DNA of 64,000 nt from the human T2T-CHM13v2.0 reference genome, Homo sapiens: NCBI RefSeq assembly GCF_009914755.1, contig NC_060931.1; one strand, 5' to 3'. The position numbers and the translations under genes were made by a program. Positions 29,665-49,200 of this stretch are shown here, piece after piece; the first letter of the stretch is position 1, and the number at the start of each line of letters is the position of its first letter. Under the pieces are notes generated by a model that worked only from the letters and a program-made list of their open reading frames with translations, did not search any database and had not been told where the DNA came from.

Positions 29665-30953
29665 TCCCATTCTTTGTCTGCGGCACTAGTCCAAGAAGGA
29701 TGGATATTTCAAGAAATGAAGTTAAACCTTCTAACTTTTTCCTAAGCACTAGAGATTCAGAGTCAGAATTTAAAATGGAATGACCAAGAATAAAGTTTTA
29801 TTTTCTGACACGACAGAATTTGTGAATCAAGAGTAATACCTACCATAACTGAATACCATAAAAAAGGAAAGAATGAAAGTTTTTCAGAGGAAAATTGATA
29901 GCCTCCAATTCTATACTGAGCCAAAATACTCTATAGAACCACCAAATAGCCCCATCATTGCAAAAGTTAGAAAACATTGTAAAACATCGTAAATATATTT
30001 TAATGAAAGAAAATGAAAGGACAAACTAAAAAAATACAAAGAAAAGGCAAATAGCAGAATGCATTAAACAGTTACTCAAGTAGGATTAGTCATATTGCAT
30101 GTGATAATATTAATGAGTCAAACTCCCTCTTAAGTAACAAAACTCTCCATTTGCATTTAAAAAAATAATTCATTCACTGGCTGTAATAAGAGTAATGCCT
30201 AAAATCGAACATGGCTCTGAGCCATCCAATGTTCAGGCTCTCTCCTGAAACCCCATTGTAACATCAATAAAGATGTTATTTTAAAAGACACAAACTGAAA
30301 AATGGAAGAAAATGAAAGTAGAGACACACCAACAGAATCCTGAAGCCTGGAAAGCATGTGAATAAGTGGCTTTGTTCTGATTTGCACTGCCAAATCTTCC
30401 AAAGGCTCAGAAATGGATGTCCACAGAGACTCTGTAGTGGGGCTGGTGTTGAGAAAGGAGGTTGGTTGAGAGCTGCTTGAGGAGTGTTATTTGCCTAGCT
30501 CTCTCCCACTCTGTGCCCTTAGTGGCTGCCCCTCCCTGACCTAGCATAATAGATGTCTAAAATTTTATTCTCTGGAAACTTGAAAGAGAGGGTCTCTGGA
30601 CAGAGGGACACCAGGAAAAGTTGAAAGCACATGTGCTGTAACAAAATAAACAAACAAAAATGAAAGGAATATTAAGAGAACATCTGCAAACTGAGTGATG
30701 AGACTTTCTACTTAATTATCCCTGCCTTTTACCAGAATGCTGCAGCCAGGACTTAACTTCTAGACAAGAGGCTAGAGGGATTTTTCCTAGGAAATACTAC
30801 CAGCCCAAGAAGGAGAGGACTTAAGAGACTCACACCGAGGAAGCCCCAACAAATGTCTCAGATAATCTTACTGTGCCTTACTGTGAATCCCAAGATCAAT
30901 GGGTCCCATTCTCATGCACAGAGTTTAAAATTAGATTTTCAGACCTTTCACTC

Positions 30954-32808
<1,855 letters not shown>

Positions 32809-33212
32809 TCAGATCTTTCACTCCTAAACACACTAAAGGACCCAAAGTTACCAGGTGTTTTAGGAAAGTGTCTCATATAAAAGCTAACAGGCCAAAACAA
32901 ACAGAAAAAGAAGACAATCTGGAGGAAGAGAAAATAATTTTAAAAGAAGGGAAAAAACCATATCATTAATAACCTAAGAGAGATACTGAATCTGTGATTA
33001 AAGTATATACAGAATCTTTTTAAAAAGAAATAACTATTTAGAGAATTTTTTTAAGCCTTGGAATTAATAATGCCATGAAAGCTAAGAAAAAATGATATAA
33101 GCTTTGATTACAAAAAAAGTTAATACAAAGACGAAAAACAACTGGTAAGAGTAAGAAAATTAGAAATCTATGCAAGAGATTTAATGTCTGAGTAAATGGA
33201 TTTAAGAAAAGA

Positions 33213-33573
<361 letters not shown>

Positions 33574-34904
33574 TTAAAGGACTTAGGTTTCTATCTAGTG
33601 CCCAAGACAATGGAGTTAAAAAAGTTGTACTCTAAGGTACATCACTATGACATTTCCAAATAATAGAGAAAAGAAATTCTATAGACTTACAGAAAGGGGA
33701 GTATAGGAAGGCTCATATAAAATCAAAAATAAGAATGTCTTCCTTCTAAATAGCAACACAAAGAACCAAGATATGAAGTCATGCCTTCAAAATTCTGAAA
33801 AGAAATAATGATCAACCGAGCAGAATTTTACTGCAGCCGAAATATCAACGAAGTGTCAAGATAAATTTGAGCTATCTTCTGACCACCAATGTCTCAAAAT
33901 ATTCACCTGTCATTTATAGAAATATGTTGTAGAATATGACACACCAAAATCAATGAGAGAAAAAAAGAAGATATGAGAATATAGAAAACACAAAAATCTA
34001 ACAATGGAGTAAAGGAATCTCTATGAGGATGATGACAGGAAATTTCATGGTAACAGTTGAATTCCAGATGGACAAAATATCTAGTGAAGCTGGCCCAGAT
34101 TCTTATTCATTATTGTGTTGATTTAACCATGTGCTGAGAAAAGTTTTATTCTCTCCTTCATGCCATAAAAAAATTTCTTCTTTGCTGTACTTGTAGGAGC
34201 TAGAGGTAAACTATAGTAATTTTAGAGGCAGAACATGCAAAGCAGCCCCAAACTCTCTTCCATGTCCCTATGGGATGCCTGGTACCTGTCCCAGGCCACA
34301 GCTCTGCCAGACAACTGGACAGCAGTGATCTTTGTGATCCTTGTGTTTTGACACCTACTCTAGGCCACAGGCTCTGGCTTTCTCAAAAGATAACCTTGAA
34401 ATCACTCTGTAAAATCTTGGTTCAACTTACCTTCTTCAGAAAACGTTTGTCTAATAATACAACTATTGCCCTTTTCTTAGGCTTGTGGAGTGCTAATCAT
34501 CATACTAATATTTCATATTCATTTGGATTCACAGTGGTTGATATAATTTTGTAAAAATCCTTGAAAAAAATGAAATAAGAGGAAGGGCAAAAGCTTACCA
34601 AAATATGCCAAACCAATGATAAAAACAAGAAATCTAAAAAAAAAAATCAGACGAGGAATATTACAGATAAAGTATATTGTGAGGCCATGAAAAGGAGAAT
34701 CATTCTGTCTTGATAAAGTGTACAGCCCACGATGAAAATATAATAGTCTTTAATATGCTACATGTGTTGTGATATGTTAATGCATACTGATAACTCACAT
34801 CAGAATTCATGAAGCAAATGCTATCTGGAAATTGATGGACATAAAATTGTCATGGGAAACTTGACCTTGACAAAATAAATACACAGAGAATATGACAAAA
34901 AAAT

Positions 34905-37062
<2,158 letters not shown>

Positions 37063-37069
37063 ATGAATT

Positions 37070-38215
37070 TGTGTGCTATATTTAACTATCTAGATAAAAT
37101 TCATGTTTTAAGGAAAACGTATTACTAGAATTGAACCAACAGGAAGAAAAATCTCAGTAAACTGTGGAAGAAATTGGAGCCAAATCGTTATGGTGGTAAA
37201 TTTTCTCAATTTTCAAGGAAGAATATGAGAATATTTATATAGTCTCATTTTGAGGATTATGCTTCTACATGTGCAGGTGAAGGCAGACTCAAAAAGCAGA
37301 ATGTAAATAGTACCTAAATGCTTTATGTAAAAAATAAATAAAATTTAAAAAGAAATGACAAACTTAGAAGAGGAGGGGAACATTGTGAATATATATGACA
37401 GAAATTTAATATCCTTAATATGCAGAAGTTCTTAGAAGCAAATTAAAATTACATGGGGCATAATAGGGGGCAAAGGGCAAAATATTGAGGTTTGCTCAGG
37501 TTTATGTGATGGGCACACAGACTGGTTGCTCAGAAAGAATTACAAATGACCAAAAAGCTATGAAAAAATTATTTGATGACTATTAAAGAAATGCAAATTA
37601 CATCCACAATGACACCTAATTTTAATCTGTTTAATAAAGGTTAAATACAATAATTATTATAATGTATTGCTATAAAAGGGGGGAAATGGGAATTGCCAAA
37701 ACCATCTAGGAAAGAAATCTGAAACAGTAAAGGAAGAGACATTAAAGCTGACATTCATAATATTTTTGCCCAGAAAACCCAGTTCTAGAAAATGATCTTA
37801 AGAAAATAATTATACATGCACAAACCAATATATAAGAACAATCTGGATGTTTTCATAATAAAGTGAAAATAAAGTGAGTTTCATTAAAAAGTGAGAACAT
37901 TCCATATGTGTATCAAAACTGAATGGTTTGCATATAAGGTGATTTATCTACTTAAGAAGTTGTTTTAGCCATGAGAAATCATACTAACAATAATTTAAAA
38001 TTTTGGAAATTTCTATAATAATGTGTAAATTAAATAACTCAATAGAAAATTACATATGTGGTACAATCCCAATATAAACATGTTTGAGCATGGATGCGTG
38101 TGTTTTATGTGTATACAATTATACACAAATGTTAAGAAGAAAAGGCTAAAAATTATACAAAAAATTTAACTGTGCTTATTTCTGGGTGATGGAATTAAGA
38201 GTGAGATTTCTATTT
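37070..38215 (+). mobile_element. Ancient L1ME-type fragments
   Basis: A-rich degenerate ORF2/3' text (TTAAAGAAATGCAAATT; TTTCTGGGTGATGGAATT). Confidence 0.55.
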
Positions 38216-39344
38216 TTTCTACTCATGTTCTACTAATACGTTTATTCAGAAGTAGTAATCATTCTAAACAGCAAGCTGCAACCCTCTTCAATGGAATTGG
38301 AAAGTGACAAATATGAAATGAATGGTTCTCCAAGGCATTTGATTGCTATTAGAATAGGCTTAGTCTTCCTACTGGCAGAAAAAAATCCAAAATAACCAAT
38401 AAAACTTGTTCACACAACTGTGCTGACAATGATATTAATGCCTAGAACAACACAGCAGTTAACTAAGGGAAAACCATGCTGGGTTTGACTCAATGAGAAC
38501 CAGAGGAGGGTAAAAGCAAATGGAAAAAGATGAAATTGACAGGAAAAGCAAATGGTAATTTCAAGCTCCCGGCCTGGGTGGGCAGTTTGGGTAGGAAGCT
38601 AACCTCTCCAGAGTTTGGGTTCACTGACCACAAGTGAAACAAGGATTTGCAGAGCAGGCCAGATCGAGGTAAATAGCTATAAAAGTGTTCTGCCCTGTAA
38701 GTACCACCCTGAAATATAATTAACCACCAGAACAAAAGAAAACAGTGCCCAGGGTTTCTCCATTCAGGAAACAAATCTAAAGAGCAGGAACTGGAGCCAT
38801 GTGCCAACACTTCCCCAAGATCAGAGGCCAAGAAAATAGCATAATATCTGAAAAATAAATTTGGTTAGATTCTCGCAGAACTTTCTAACTCACCTCTTTG
38901 GAACTGTACTGTTTAGTTCTAAGGACCACTTATGAAAGAAGTCTGGGTATTAATTCTATCCTAAAACCATAACAATTATGAAGTTATATTTACATGGTTA
39001 TATTTACTTTGGTAAATTATATGAGCTATTTCTAACATATTGGAAGAAAGAGCTAATCTACCTGGATTATGAAAATGCTTATTCTACTTTAAAGATAAAC
39101 ACACACACACACACATACTCATATACTTATAAGTATGTATATGTAGATTTAGTAGCTTCAATTCTTTTTTTTCCTGTTAATCCATTTAAGCATTCAACCA
39201 TTCAACAAATGTTCTGTAAATACAGGACATTTACTATGCCCTAGGCATTAAGAAGTATATAAAGTTATACAAGTCACATGCATACTTCTTTAAATCTAGT
39301 GGGAGGGAATAAAATATTAATATATAAATATAAAAAAAGGCTCT

Positions 39345-39640
39345 TACTTGCAAGAATAGGCTAGGCTACACTATAGTAAATAACAAAAACAACCTGATAC
39401 ATCAGTGGTTTCCCATAATAAAGGTTTATTTATCATTCACCAAAGTCTTAAGGAGGTAAATTGGTTCTCCAGAATGATGTTGCATCACATCATGACCCAA
39501 GACCACAGGATGCTTCTAAAACATGGCTTCCAAAGTTGCTGTCAAAGGAGAAAAGAGATGGAAGAGGCACATTGGCTCTTAAATATCTCAGAGCAAAAAT
39601 GACCTGTCATTTCATTTACTATTTGTCAGAATTCAGTAAT
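39345..39640 (-). mobile_element. MLT1-family MaLR LTR fragment
   Basis: GAATAGGCTAGGCTACACTATAGTAA...CAGTGGTTT...AAAGGTTTATTT. Confidence 0.5.
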
Positions 39641-39644
39641 ACCG

Positions 39645-39992
39645 GCCTTTAGTTGGTTACTCTGTGAAGCAGACTCAGCCAACGATTTACATCCAAGTGG
39701 TTTATTTCACAAGTAATACTGGGAGAAATCAATAGTGAATGAGAAACACAAGATATGAAACCTAAGCAAGGAGGCAATTTCAGTCATTATCTATGGATAT
39801 GCCACTGGATGTGGTGAAATGAACACACAGATATAAAACTCAGGCATTTCCACATCTTAAAGATGAGGCAGCATCAGCACCTGGAGGAAACATCTAAAGG
39901 TGAAGGTACCAACCATTAGCAGCAATCTGGCACACAGACTGGTTACAGGGAGATCTGAGGGACTGGGCAGGGCAACAATAGTGTCTGCTCCA
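39645..39992 (-). mobile_element. ERVL LTR (LTR16/LTR33-like)
   Basis: GAAGCAGACTC...CAAGTGGTTTATTT at one end; GGGCAACAATAGTGTCTGCTCCA at the other. Confidence 0.5.
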
Positions 39993-41000
39993 AATTGTAA
40001 CAAAATTCAAGGAAGCTAAAAAGAAAGAATTGTCCTCATGAAGAGTAAATTTTGTAGTAAACATGTGGTGTTGAGTCTGCCATGTACGAGGCTATGTGAT
40101 GTAAGCAGAGAACACTGCAATAGCTTAGTTATAAGACTGAAGGTTGACAGTTAGCTCCGTTCATCTTTCTAGTGATTGCAAAAATGAACAGAACAATGAA
40201 CAATATCAATATTGATATAAATTCTTTATTGATCAAAGGATGAGTGTGTGTTTTATATATCAGATAAGTATTATACTATTATGTCTAATAAAAGAATATG
40301 GACTAAAATGCAGATTTCAACAGTAGTTTCAAAAAGCATAGGAAATCAACTTAAAGAAGGCTAATTATTTTCTTCTTTTAGTAGAAAAGGCTTTTGATGT
40401 ATTAGCCTTAGAGAAAAATGTTGACCACTGATTTAAAATTATACATTTATTAATGTAAATGAAGGAAGTTGCTTAGCACAATGCCTGCACAAAACAAGTT
40501 CTTGATAGATATTTATTTTGACATTTATATTACCTAAAACCAAAATAAGAAAGTGATTCCTTAGCAAGCACAAAATAATTTTCATGTATGACAATGTTAA
40601 GCTCTTAAGAATTTCTTTTTTTATAATAACAAAATTTGTTTTAAAAGAACCTTAAGACATAAATGATCCAGTTGTGATTCAGACATGTAAGAGAAACCTA
40701 AACTCAGCCTTCAAGCCCAAATCAACCACATTTCTAATTCAAGTGAAGAACACAAAGCATTTTTTAAAATTCAACATCATTACAGACATAGTCTGATCCT
40801 TTTCAGAGATTGTTCTACCTATAACTTTGTAGAAATTTCTTAACAGATTTTCTTTCAATCTTGATTGTGTTTTATTCCACGTTTTCCTCTCTTTTTTGTT
40901 AATTGGCTCCATTTTCATGTAATTATGCTACTCATATGGTGATTTTCACATTAATGCATACAGAACTACTATGCTATGTGATTATAATAAAGATGGTTCA

Positions 41001-41517
<517 letters not shown>

Positions 41518-41581
41518 TTAAACAATCATCTCAGTTACAGAATTATCATTATTGAAGGTAAAACCAAAATACTGCACTAAT

Positions 41582-41953
41582 GCTATGCAGCCATAAAAAA
41601 AGATGAGTTCCTGTCCTTTGCAGGGACATGGATGAAGCTGGAAACCATCATTCTTAGCAAACTAACACAGGAACAGAAAAGCAAACACTGCAAGTTCTCA
41701 GTCATAAGTGGGTGTTGAACAATGAGAACACACGGACGCAGGGAAGGGAACATCACATACCAGGGCCTGTCAGGGGGTAGGGGGTCTAGGGGAGGGATAG
41801 CATTAGGAGAAATACCTAATGTGGATGACGGGTTGATGGGTGCAGCAAACCACCATGGCACATGTATACCTATGTAACAAACCTTCAAGTTCTGCACATG
41901 TATCCCAGAACTTTATATATATATAAACTTGACTGCCAAAAAAAAAAAAAAAA
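41582..41953 (+). mobile_element. Short 5'-truncated L1PA (L1PA7-like) 3' end
   Basis: CTATGCAGCCATAAAAAAAGATGAGTTCC...GAAATACCTAATGTGGATGACGGGTTGATGGG; poly-A 41938-41953. Confidence 0.92.
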
Positions 41954-44069
41954 CTGAACACGCTGAAAACATTTCATCCATAACACTATGTCCTGAAGGT
42001 TGTTCCTCACTGTATCTATTGACTTGACCCATCCAAACAAAGAAAAATTCCCAAAAAGAGCAAGTACTGCTAAAGACAGATAGCAGTACTTCGAAAGTCC
42101 TAAAAAAAAAATCCTAAAACATTGTTCTTATGCAATCATTCTTAGAGCAGCAAGAACACAGCTCTCAGTTGGCTTTAGCTGCCAAAATAAAACCCAAAGA
42201 GTTGTAAAAATCCCACAAATTTAGTTCAACTGTTTAAAACATATTTTTGAACCCCCTGCTATGTGCTGAGCCCTATTGTCTTCTGTAAGTATAAAAATGT
42301 GTAAGACATTTTCTTGCTGATACTGGAATAAACACATTTAATCAAAGCCTGATATCAAGTCTAGATAAATGATGGCTATCTAAAGAATATTCCCAAAGAG
42401 ATCCATTAGCATTATGATTCGGTCAAAACTGGTGCTTAAATAATAATTAACAATCATTTGTTAAGCTCCCATAGCACTCTAGACTCTGAAATCAACCTAA
42501 ATATATGAAACTTTCACTCATTCCCATGGTGATTTTGGGAATAATGGCCCTATTGTTTGAAGATCTCTCATCTCTAATTACTTATCTGCAAAAAAAAAAA
42601 AACCATGCACATTGAGATGCTTTGTTTCATTACATTTAATAGAAAGTTTACACATGGAGACTGCCCAGTACTTTGTACATATGCTACACTATTTGTCCTT
42701 AAGTCTACGGATTTCCTTTACTTGGCATGAATTATAGGAGAAGTGCCTAACACCCAGACTGAGTGAGTTATTCTAGCTTATGGTGGTGTTGGAGAGAAAA
42801 GTGCATAAACCAGAGGATGTCATTAGACCAGTGACAATGGAGGAGAAAATATCCAGTGCTGACAGCCCTGCTCACTTGCAAGCTGATGGGTGTCAACGTG
42901 CAGAGCAGTACAGACAGAATGGCTTAGGAAGGGGTTTGCCGCATCTGGCAAGAAAGGAAGTGTAACAACAAAAAGAGAACAAAATATTGTATGTCTGTGT
43001 TTGCTCCACCTAGGAAAAGCAGACACAATGAATCTACAGTATATATAGAGAAGGAACTAACCACATGTATTAATACCGTCTTTGTGCCTCAGCTGTAAAA
43101 CAGATTCTGGGCTTGTAGTTAAAGTGGCTGCACAGATGGGGCCTTTTCCCCTTTCTTTGCAATATTCTATATTCTAATTATGATTTGCACTGCTTCTGGC
43201 ATGAAAGCAAGGCCACTGATGTGGCCCCAAGAGTAGGCATGATAAAAAGCCAGGCCCATGAACTCATGCGGCCGCTCTTTTCCACTTCCCTTCTCCTCCT
43301 TCTGCTAATTCACTATGAAAATTTTCTTTTTTTGGACAGCTTTTGGAATTCTTCAGTCTGTCTCTGGTTCCTTTTCACTCCCTGAAAGAAAGAAGATTCA
43401 ACCTTCTAAAGGAACTCAAGACTTACTGGCAGGAGAGGGAGCATAGACTGATTAATAATGTGGTACAAAACTCTGCAAGTATATAAAGTGCTAATAGCCG
43501 ATTATAGTAAAATAACTTTTAAGGACTAACTAAATTATCTTGGAGTCTACATAAAATCCAAGCGCAAAATCTGTATCATAGGGCACAAATCTCCCACCTC
43601 ATATGGTACTTCATTTTGGCTCTAAATGTGAAGTTAGTTAATTGTAATACTTAAAGGAATAACACCAACAAGTTAATGAAAATCTCTATATACGATGTTC
43701 CAAGTCATCTTATTTTATTTCTGTTATTGCCAGAAGAGCCTTACAAATCTTCTGTCCTGTAAAATTGATGTTTAATGAACTTCACCTTAATAGTCTGTCA
43801 AACTCTTATGAAGAACAAATGTTCTTCATAATTTATCATGTAAGCTATATAGCTGTAAATATAGGAAAGAATCTTACATAATTTGTACATATGTTTTAGC
43901 TCTTTAATATACTAACACAATTACCAGGTACACCCTTCTATTTCAGTGTCATCTTTTTAAACACTCAAAGAGAATTTTTCTTCTTTTTTGTCTGTTGCAG
44001 TCATTTTTCCCCCAGAATCTCAATACTGGCTTTTGCCATTAGGTAATCAGAAGCATTGCTATACTTACT

Positions 44070-46710
44070 CATCAATTCATTCAGTTATCCATTCAGCAAA
44101 TATTTACTGAATGCCAACTATGTTCCAGGAATTATTCTAGGAAGTACAGTAGTTCATAAAACAGAATGGAGCAAAAATTCTACCCAATAGAGGTAGATAA
44201 TAGGTAAAATAAACAAGTAAAGTGTATAATAAGCTAGATATATGAATAGATGTCATGGAAAAAAATTAAGAAATGAATATATAAACAAACAGAATGGAAT
44301 ATCAAATATTGTGACCAAGAAATGTTTCACAGAGAAGGATAGTTAAATGCATCTATAAAGAAAGACAGAAATACAGTTAGATGGATTTGTGATAGAGAAT
44401 TGTTCTGTAAAGGAAACAAGTACAACAGTTTTGAAGATAGATTATGAGTGAAGCATGCGAGGAAGAGCAAGGTGGTGAATGTGGCCGAAATAGATTAACA
44501 AGTAGATGATGATCACAGAGCCCTGAACAGACCATATTATGTAGAACACTGTAAACTCATTCCTACTCTGTTTAAGATGAGAAGACATTGGAGAGTTTGT
44601 GTAAAAGAGTGACATGTATGAATTTATGCTTTATAAATCTCTTATATCGATGATAAACTGTTGGGATAACAAAGGCAGAAACAAGGATACGAGTTAGGAG
44701 GTTATTGCAATTCCTTAGACCAAAATTGATAATGATCTGGAATGAACTAAGAGCCATGAAGAGAGTACAGACTGGTTGGATTATAGATGTATTTTAAAGG
44801 TACAGTGAGCAGCACTTGGTGACAGACTGGATACAGGTTATGAAAGAAGGAGAAAGGTCACATATGAATCCCAGGATTTAGGTCTGAGAAAATGAAAATG
44901 TGGAGTTGCCATTTATGGAAATGGGGAAGACTCATTGAGAAGCAGGTTTGAAGAGAAAGATGGAGTGTAACTTTGGACTTGCTAAATTGCAGATGCTTAT
45001 TGAATATCTAAGGAAAGAGAGCTGAAGTTGAGAAGAGAGGCATAAGCCATTTAAAAATCAAATGATTTTTAAAATTATGAAAAAGATGAGGTTGTCAAAA
45101 TAGTGAGTATAGGGAGAAAAGAGCAGAGTCTAAGGACTGAGCCTTGTGGTACTTTGACAATTTGTGTTCTGAGAGATTAAGAGAAATCCTCAAAGGAGAC
45201 CAAGAAGGAGCAGCCAGTGAAATAGAAAAAAACTGGAGAGTGTAGTATCCTGGAAGCCACATAAGGCAACTTCTAGAGAGGAGGGAGTGATCAACTGTAT
45301 CAAAATCTGGTAAAAGTTTAAGTAAGATGGTGAAAAAATAAGAACCTACCATTGGATTTAGTGATATGGAGGCTGCTGGTACTTTTGGTAAGAAAATTAT
45401 ATTAGAGTAGTGAGTTCAAAAGCTTATTTGGAGAAGGTTTAAAAAAGAAGGTAGGAGTAGAATTGGGGATGAATTTAGACAATATTTTGAAAGGTTTTTC
45501 TGTAAAAGGAAATGAGGAAAATCAATGGTAGCTGAGTGGGAGGATGGAAGCAATAATATCCTCTTTTCAGACGGGAGGAATAAGAGCATGTTTATAGGTT
45601 GACATAAACAATTCAGTAGAAAGTAGGTGGAAATGATACAGGAAGGAGAAGAATGTCTTGAAGTAGGAGAGAAAGCAAGCAGTCTCCTGCCACATGGAGA
45701 GATTGTCATTGGATAGGAACACCCTTAAGTCATCCACTGTCCAAGAAACACATGCAAGTATGTGGTTTGTTATGATGGCAGGAGCTTGTGGAAACTCTCT
45801 TTTGAGTGTTTCTATTTTCTCTGGAAGCAAGGTCATCAGCTAGGAGTTAGGGTTTAGGAGAAAGTATTAGAAGTTAGAAGAGAGAATAAAAAGTATGAAA
45901 TATTTTTCAGGGGGAGTGGGAGAATGAATGATGTGAAGAAATAAGATTGTCAGGTGGCATTAAGGACCCACTTGAAATTAGAGGTCATAAAGTTGAAAGA
46001 AGACAATCATTATGGTTGTGTTTTTCTACAGCCATGTCTACCAGTACAAAAGCAGATGTGGAGTAGGTAGAGAGATGGATTTCATCACAGGTTAGCCAGG
46101 GATGAAAATGTCAAGACAGATACAAGACAATAAGGAGAGAAGATTATTATAATGATAGAACATGGAATGTAAGGTGAGTAAATAAGAGGACCAAAAGTTA
46201 CAGTAATGGACAAGGAAAAAGTGGTATGAGCAATTGATTTCAGCCCCAGTGGGATACAGTGGGAGTGAACTGGAAAGACAAGTGGTGGTCATAGAGAGAA
46301 ATGCCTGAAATCGACATCTTTAAAGAAGTTAACAATCATTGGTAAAAACAAGAAACTATACTGTGCAGCCATAGTACGAATTGTCTTATGTAGATGGAAG
46401 GTGATAATTTAAGAGAAGAGGATGTCGAAGAACTGAGAAACTGATTGAAAATAGGTTTTGAAATCACAAAGAATTAAATCAGGAATAGTTTGGAGAAGAG
46501 CAACTTTCACCTAAAAACTAAACTCCTGAAGGAAAAAGAGAGAGTGACCTGGAGGCCAGTAAATGAGCGAAAAAAGGAAGGAAGGGTAATGTATAGTCTC
46601 CCAGCATGAGCTTTAAAGCTGCAAATATGTACAAGTGAAAGAGAACAGATTACCTAGAAGTGTCAATGAGCAACAAGTGCATCTGCTTCATCACCAGGCC
46701 GAGTATTTAA
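44070..46710 (-). mobile_element. Long L2 LINE (~2.6 kb)
   Basis: 3' tail (CATT)n-like at ~44075; minus ORF 45095..45352 contains FDTVDHSLL, an L2/CR1-clade RT motif. Confidence 0.85.
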
Positions 46711-46989
46711 AAATACTTTTAAAAAGCATTTTCATTTTTATAGTTTAAAGTTCTCGTACGAGGCCTGCCATATAATTTAACCTAATTTTTCAGACAATTA
46801 AATTATATGATTAGTATTATTGACATCCTCTATTATATAGCTAAAAAACTGCCCATAGTCATGCACATAAAGTTTACATTATTCCAGATGAATTAATCAA
46901 ATGTCAATGGACAGAAAACAAACTCACTTAAATATTCTTTTGGTTTTTAAGTTGGAACTCTCAAACAATAATAAAGATAAATCCTCCTG

Positions 46990-47355
<366 letters not shown>

Positions 47356-49019
47356 TTACTGTTGGCACAATTACAGACAAGCCAGCCTGCCATGTGGCAC
47401 TAAACGCCTGTGCTGCAGCCATGATCTCAATCTTCCAGGCACTCTACCCAAGATTATCTAGAAATTTGGTGTTAGTCTACCATATTAATAAGAAATATTA
47501 CATTTGTTTCTTTCCTGTAAGGTGTGTGGTATATAGTTAATTGTACGAACAGGGCCAGAGAAAAAGTCAAGTGCTTAATTATAAAAGATGAAAGACCCAA
47601 TTCAAAACTGCTTTTTGAGGCTGAATATTTTGTCATCTTTTATTTTTTCATTTATTCCCTCAAAGAACATGTTTTGAGTGCCTCACATAGGCAAGGCACT
47701 TTGCTGGCCAGTAGAGTAGCAAATGGAAACTTAGCTTGTGACAGTTTACAATCTTCTTGCTCTTACGAAGAATAAGATTTATTCACCACCAAAAAAGGCA
47801 CATAAATATAGGGGGGTGAGAATAATTTTCATTTGAATATGTTCTCCTATGTATTTCCTGAAAACTCTTGAGAAAATTGAATATATGTAGGAGGTCTTAC
47901 AACACTTGAAATGAAGAATCAAATAAACTCAGAGAAAATCAGCTTCTAGGTAAATCTCCTGTGATTTTGAAAGTCAGAAATAAATGTTTGTGTCACCCCT
48001 GACATGGGGACTAGGTGATTAAAATCAACTCATATATCTTTTTTAAAAAGAAAAAGTATGAATACTAAGAACACAGATAAGATTAAATAAAAACAAGAGA
48101 GACCTGAGGGTTTAAAAAAATGCATTTGGCCATGATTCCTCTTAGGAGCAGCTAAGACAAAATGAGTAGTGTTGCAGAAAGAAATGAAAATCCCCAAGGC
48201 AACCCAGCAAAGGAAGAAGAGGTTCTCTTAAAGTATAAATGGGTCTTTGTTGAATTTTAACAAGCCATCAATGCACAGATTCCTGGAGATGTCTGAAGTT
48301 CTTCATTTAATGTGAAAATACTTTACACTTTTCCTTAAACAACAACAAAAAAAATTCACCCCACTGGCAAGGAGCCAAAGCTTGCACATTTTTTGAGTCA
48401 CCACAGGAAAAGAGAAAGATGAGAGAGGCCAAGCACTTCCACATTCACACTGGAGGAAGAATGTGCCCCACTTCCCCGAGTTCTAATCAGTGGCAGTTCT
48501 GGATCCTGATTAATGAGCCCTTCCGCGCTCTTGGCCTTTCTACCCCCAACTACTGCTCTATAGTTTCAATTTTCACTCCAAATCTGGAAATGCCTCCTCA
48601 GCGAAGAAAGCGCTGAGATGATGTGGAGGGAATAAATGGGAAACGCAGATATTAGTGCTACCTGGCCAGCAGGAAATTTGAACTGTATCAACTGAGATGG
48701 CCCAAAGAGCTGTTGAAATGTAAGATGAAGTTCAGAATGGGACTACTATGTCAAGAATATGAATTTGAATTTCTTTTTGGAGGAGAGAGAAGGGAGTCAA
48801 AGTTTGAATTAAACGTTTATGAGTCAATGGGACACACCATCACTTTTTTTGTTGTGTCCTGCTCTGGACTGAGACTTCTCTGAGTCAGCTGCAGGGAGGC
48901 TTTTTAGTATTTACCCTTCTGAAAAGGACTTTCTGCACCATTTGGGTGGCTGAGCTGGACTAGCTTATCAATGGGCTATGATTTATTTAAATATGTAAAT
49001 ATGATATTGACAGACATAT

Positions 49020-49200
49020 GTAATAATCATAAAACACCTATTTTGCATATGGTTTACTGGGCACTGTTTGGGTTTTATAAATACTAACTCATTTAACCTC
49101 AACAGCATAGCTATATGGCCTGAAAACTGAACACAGGAAATGCATGTAACTAATCCGTGGTCCCACAGCTAGGAAATGGTAGTCCTGGGATTTGATGATG
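49020..49200 (-). mobile_element. MIR SINE
   Basis: TACTAACTCATTTAACCTCAACAG...GAAAACTGAACAC...GGTCCCACAGCTAGGAAATGG. Confidence 0.65.

Noticed and set aside
40203-40218. 16-bp palindrome ATATCAATATTGATAT (also CAGGTTAATTAACCTG at 51954-51969)
   Set aside because: Short AT-rich palindromes are expected at about this frequency in 64 kb.
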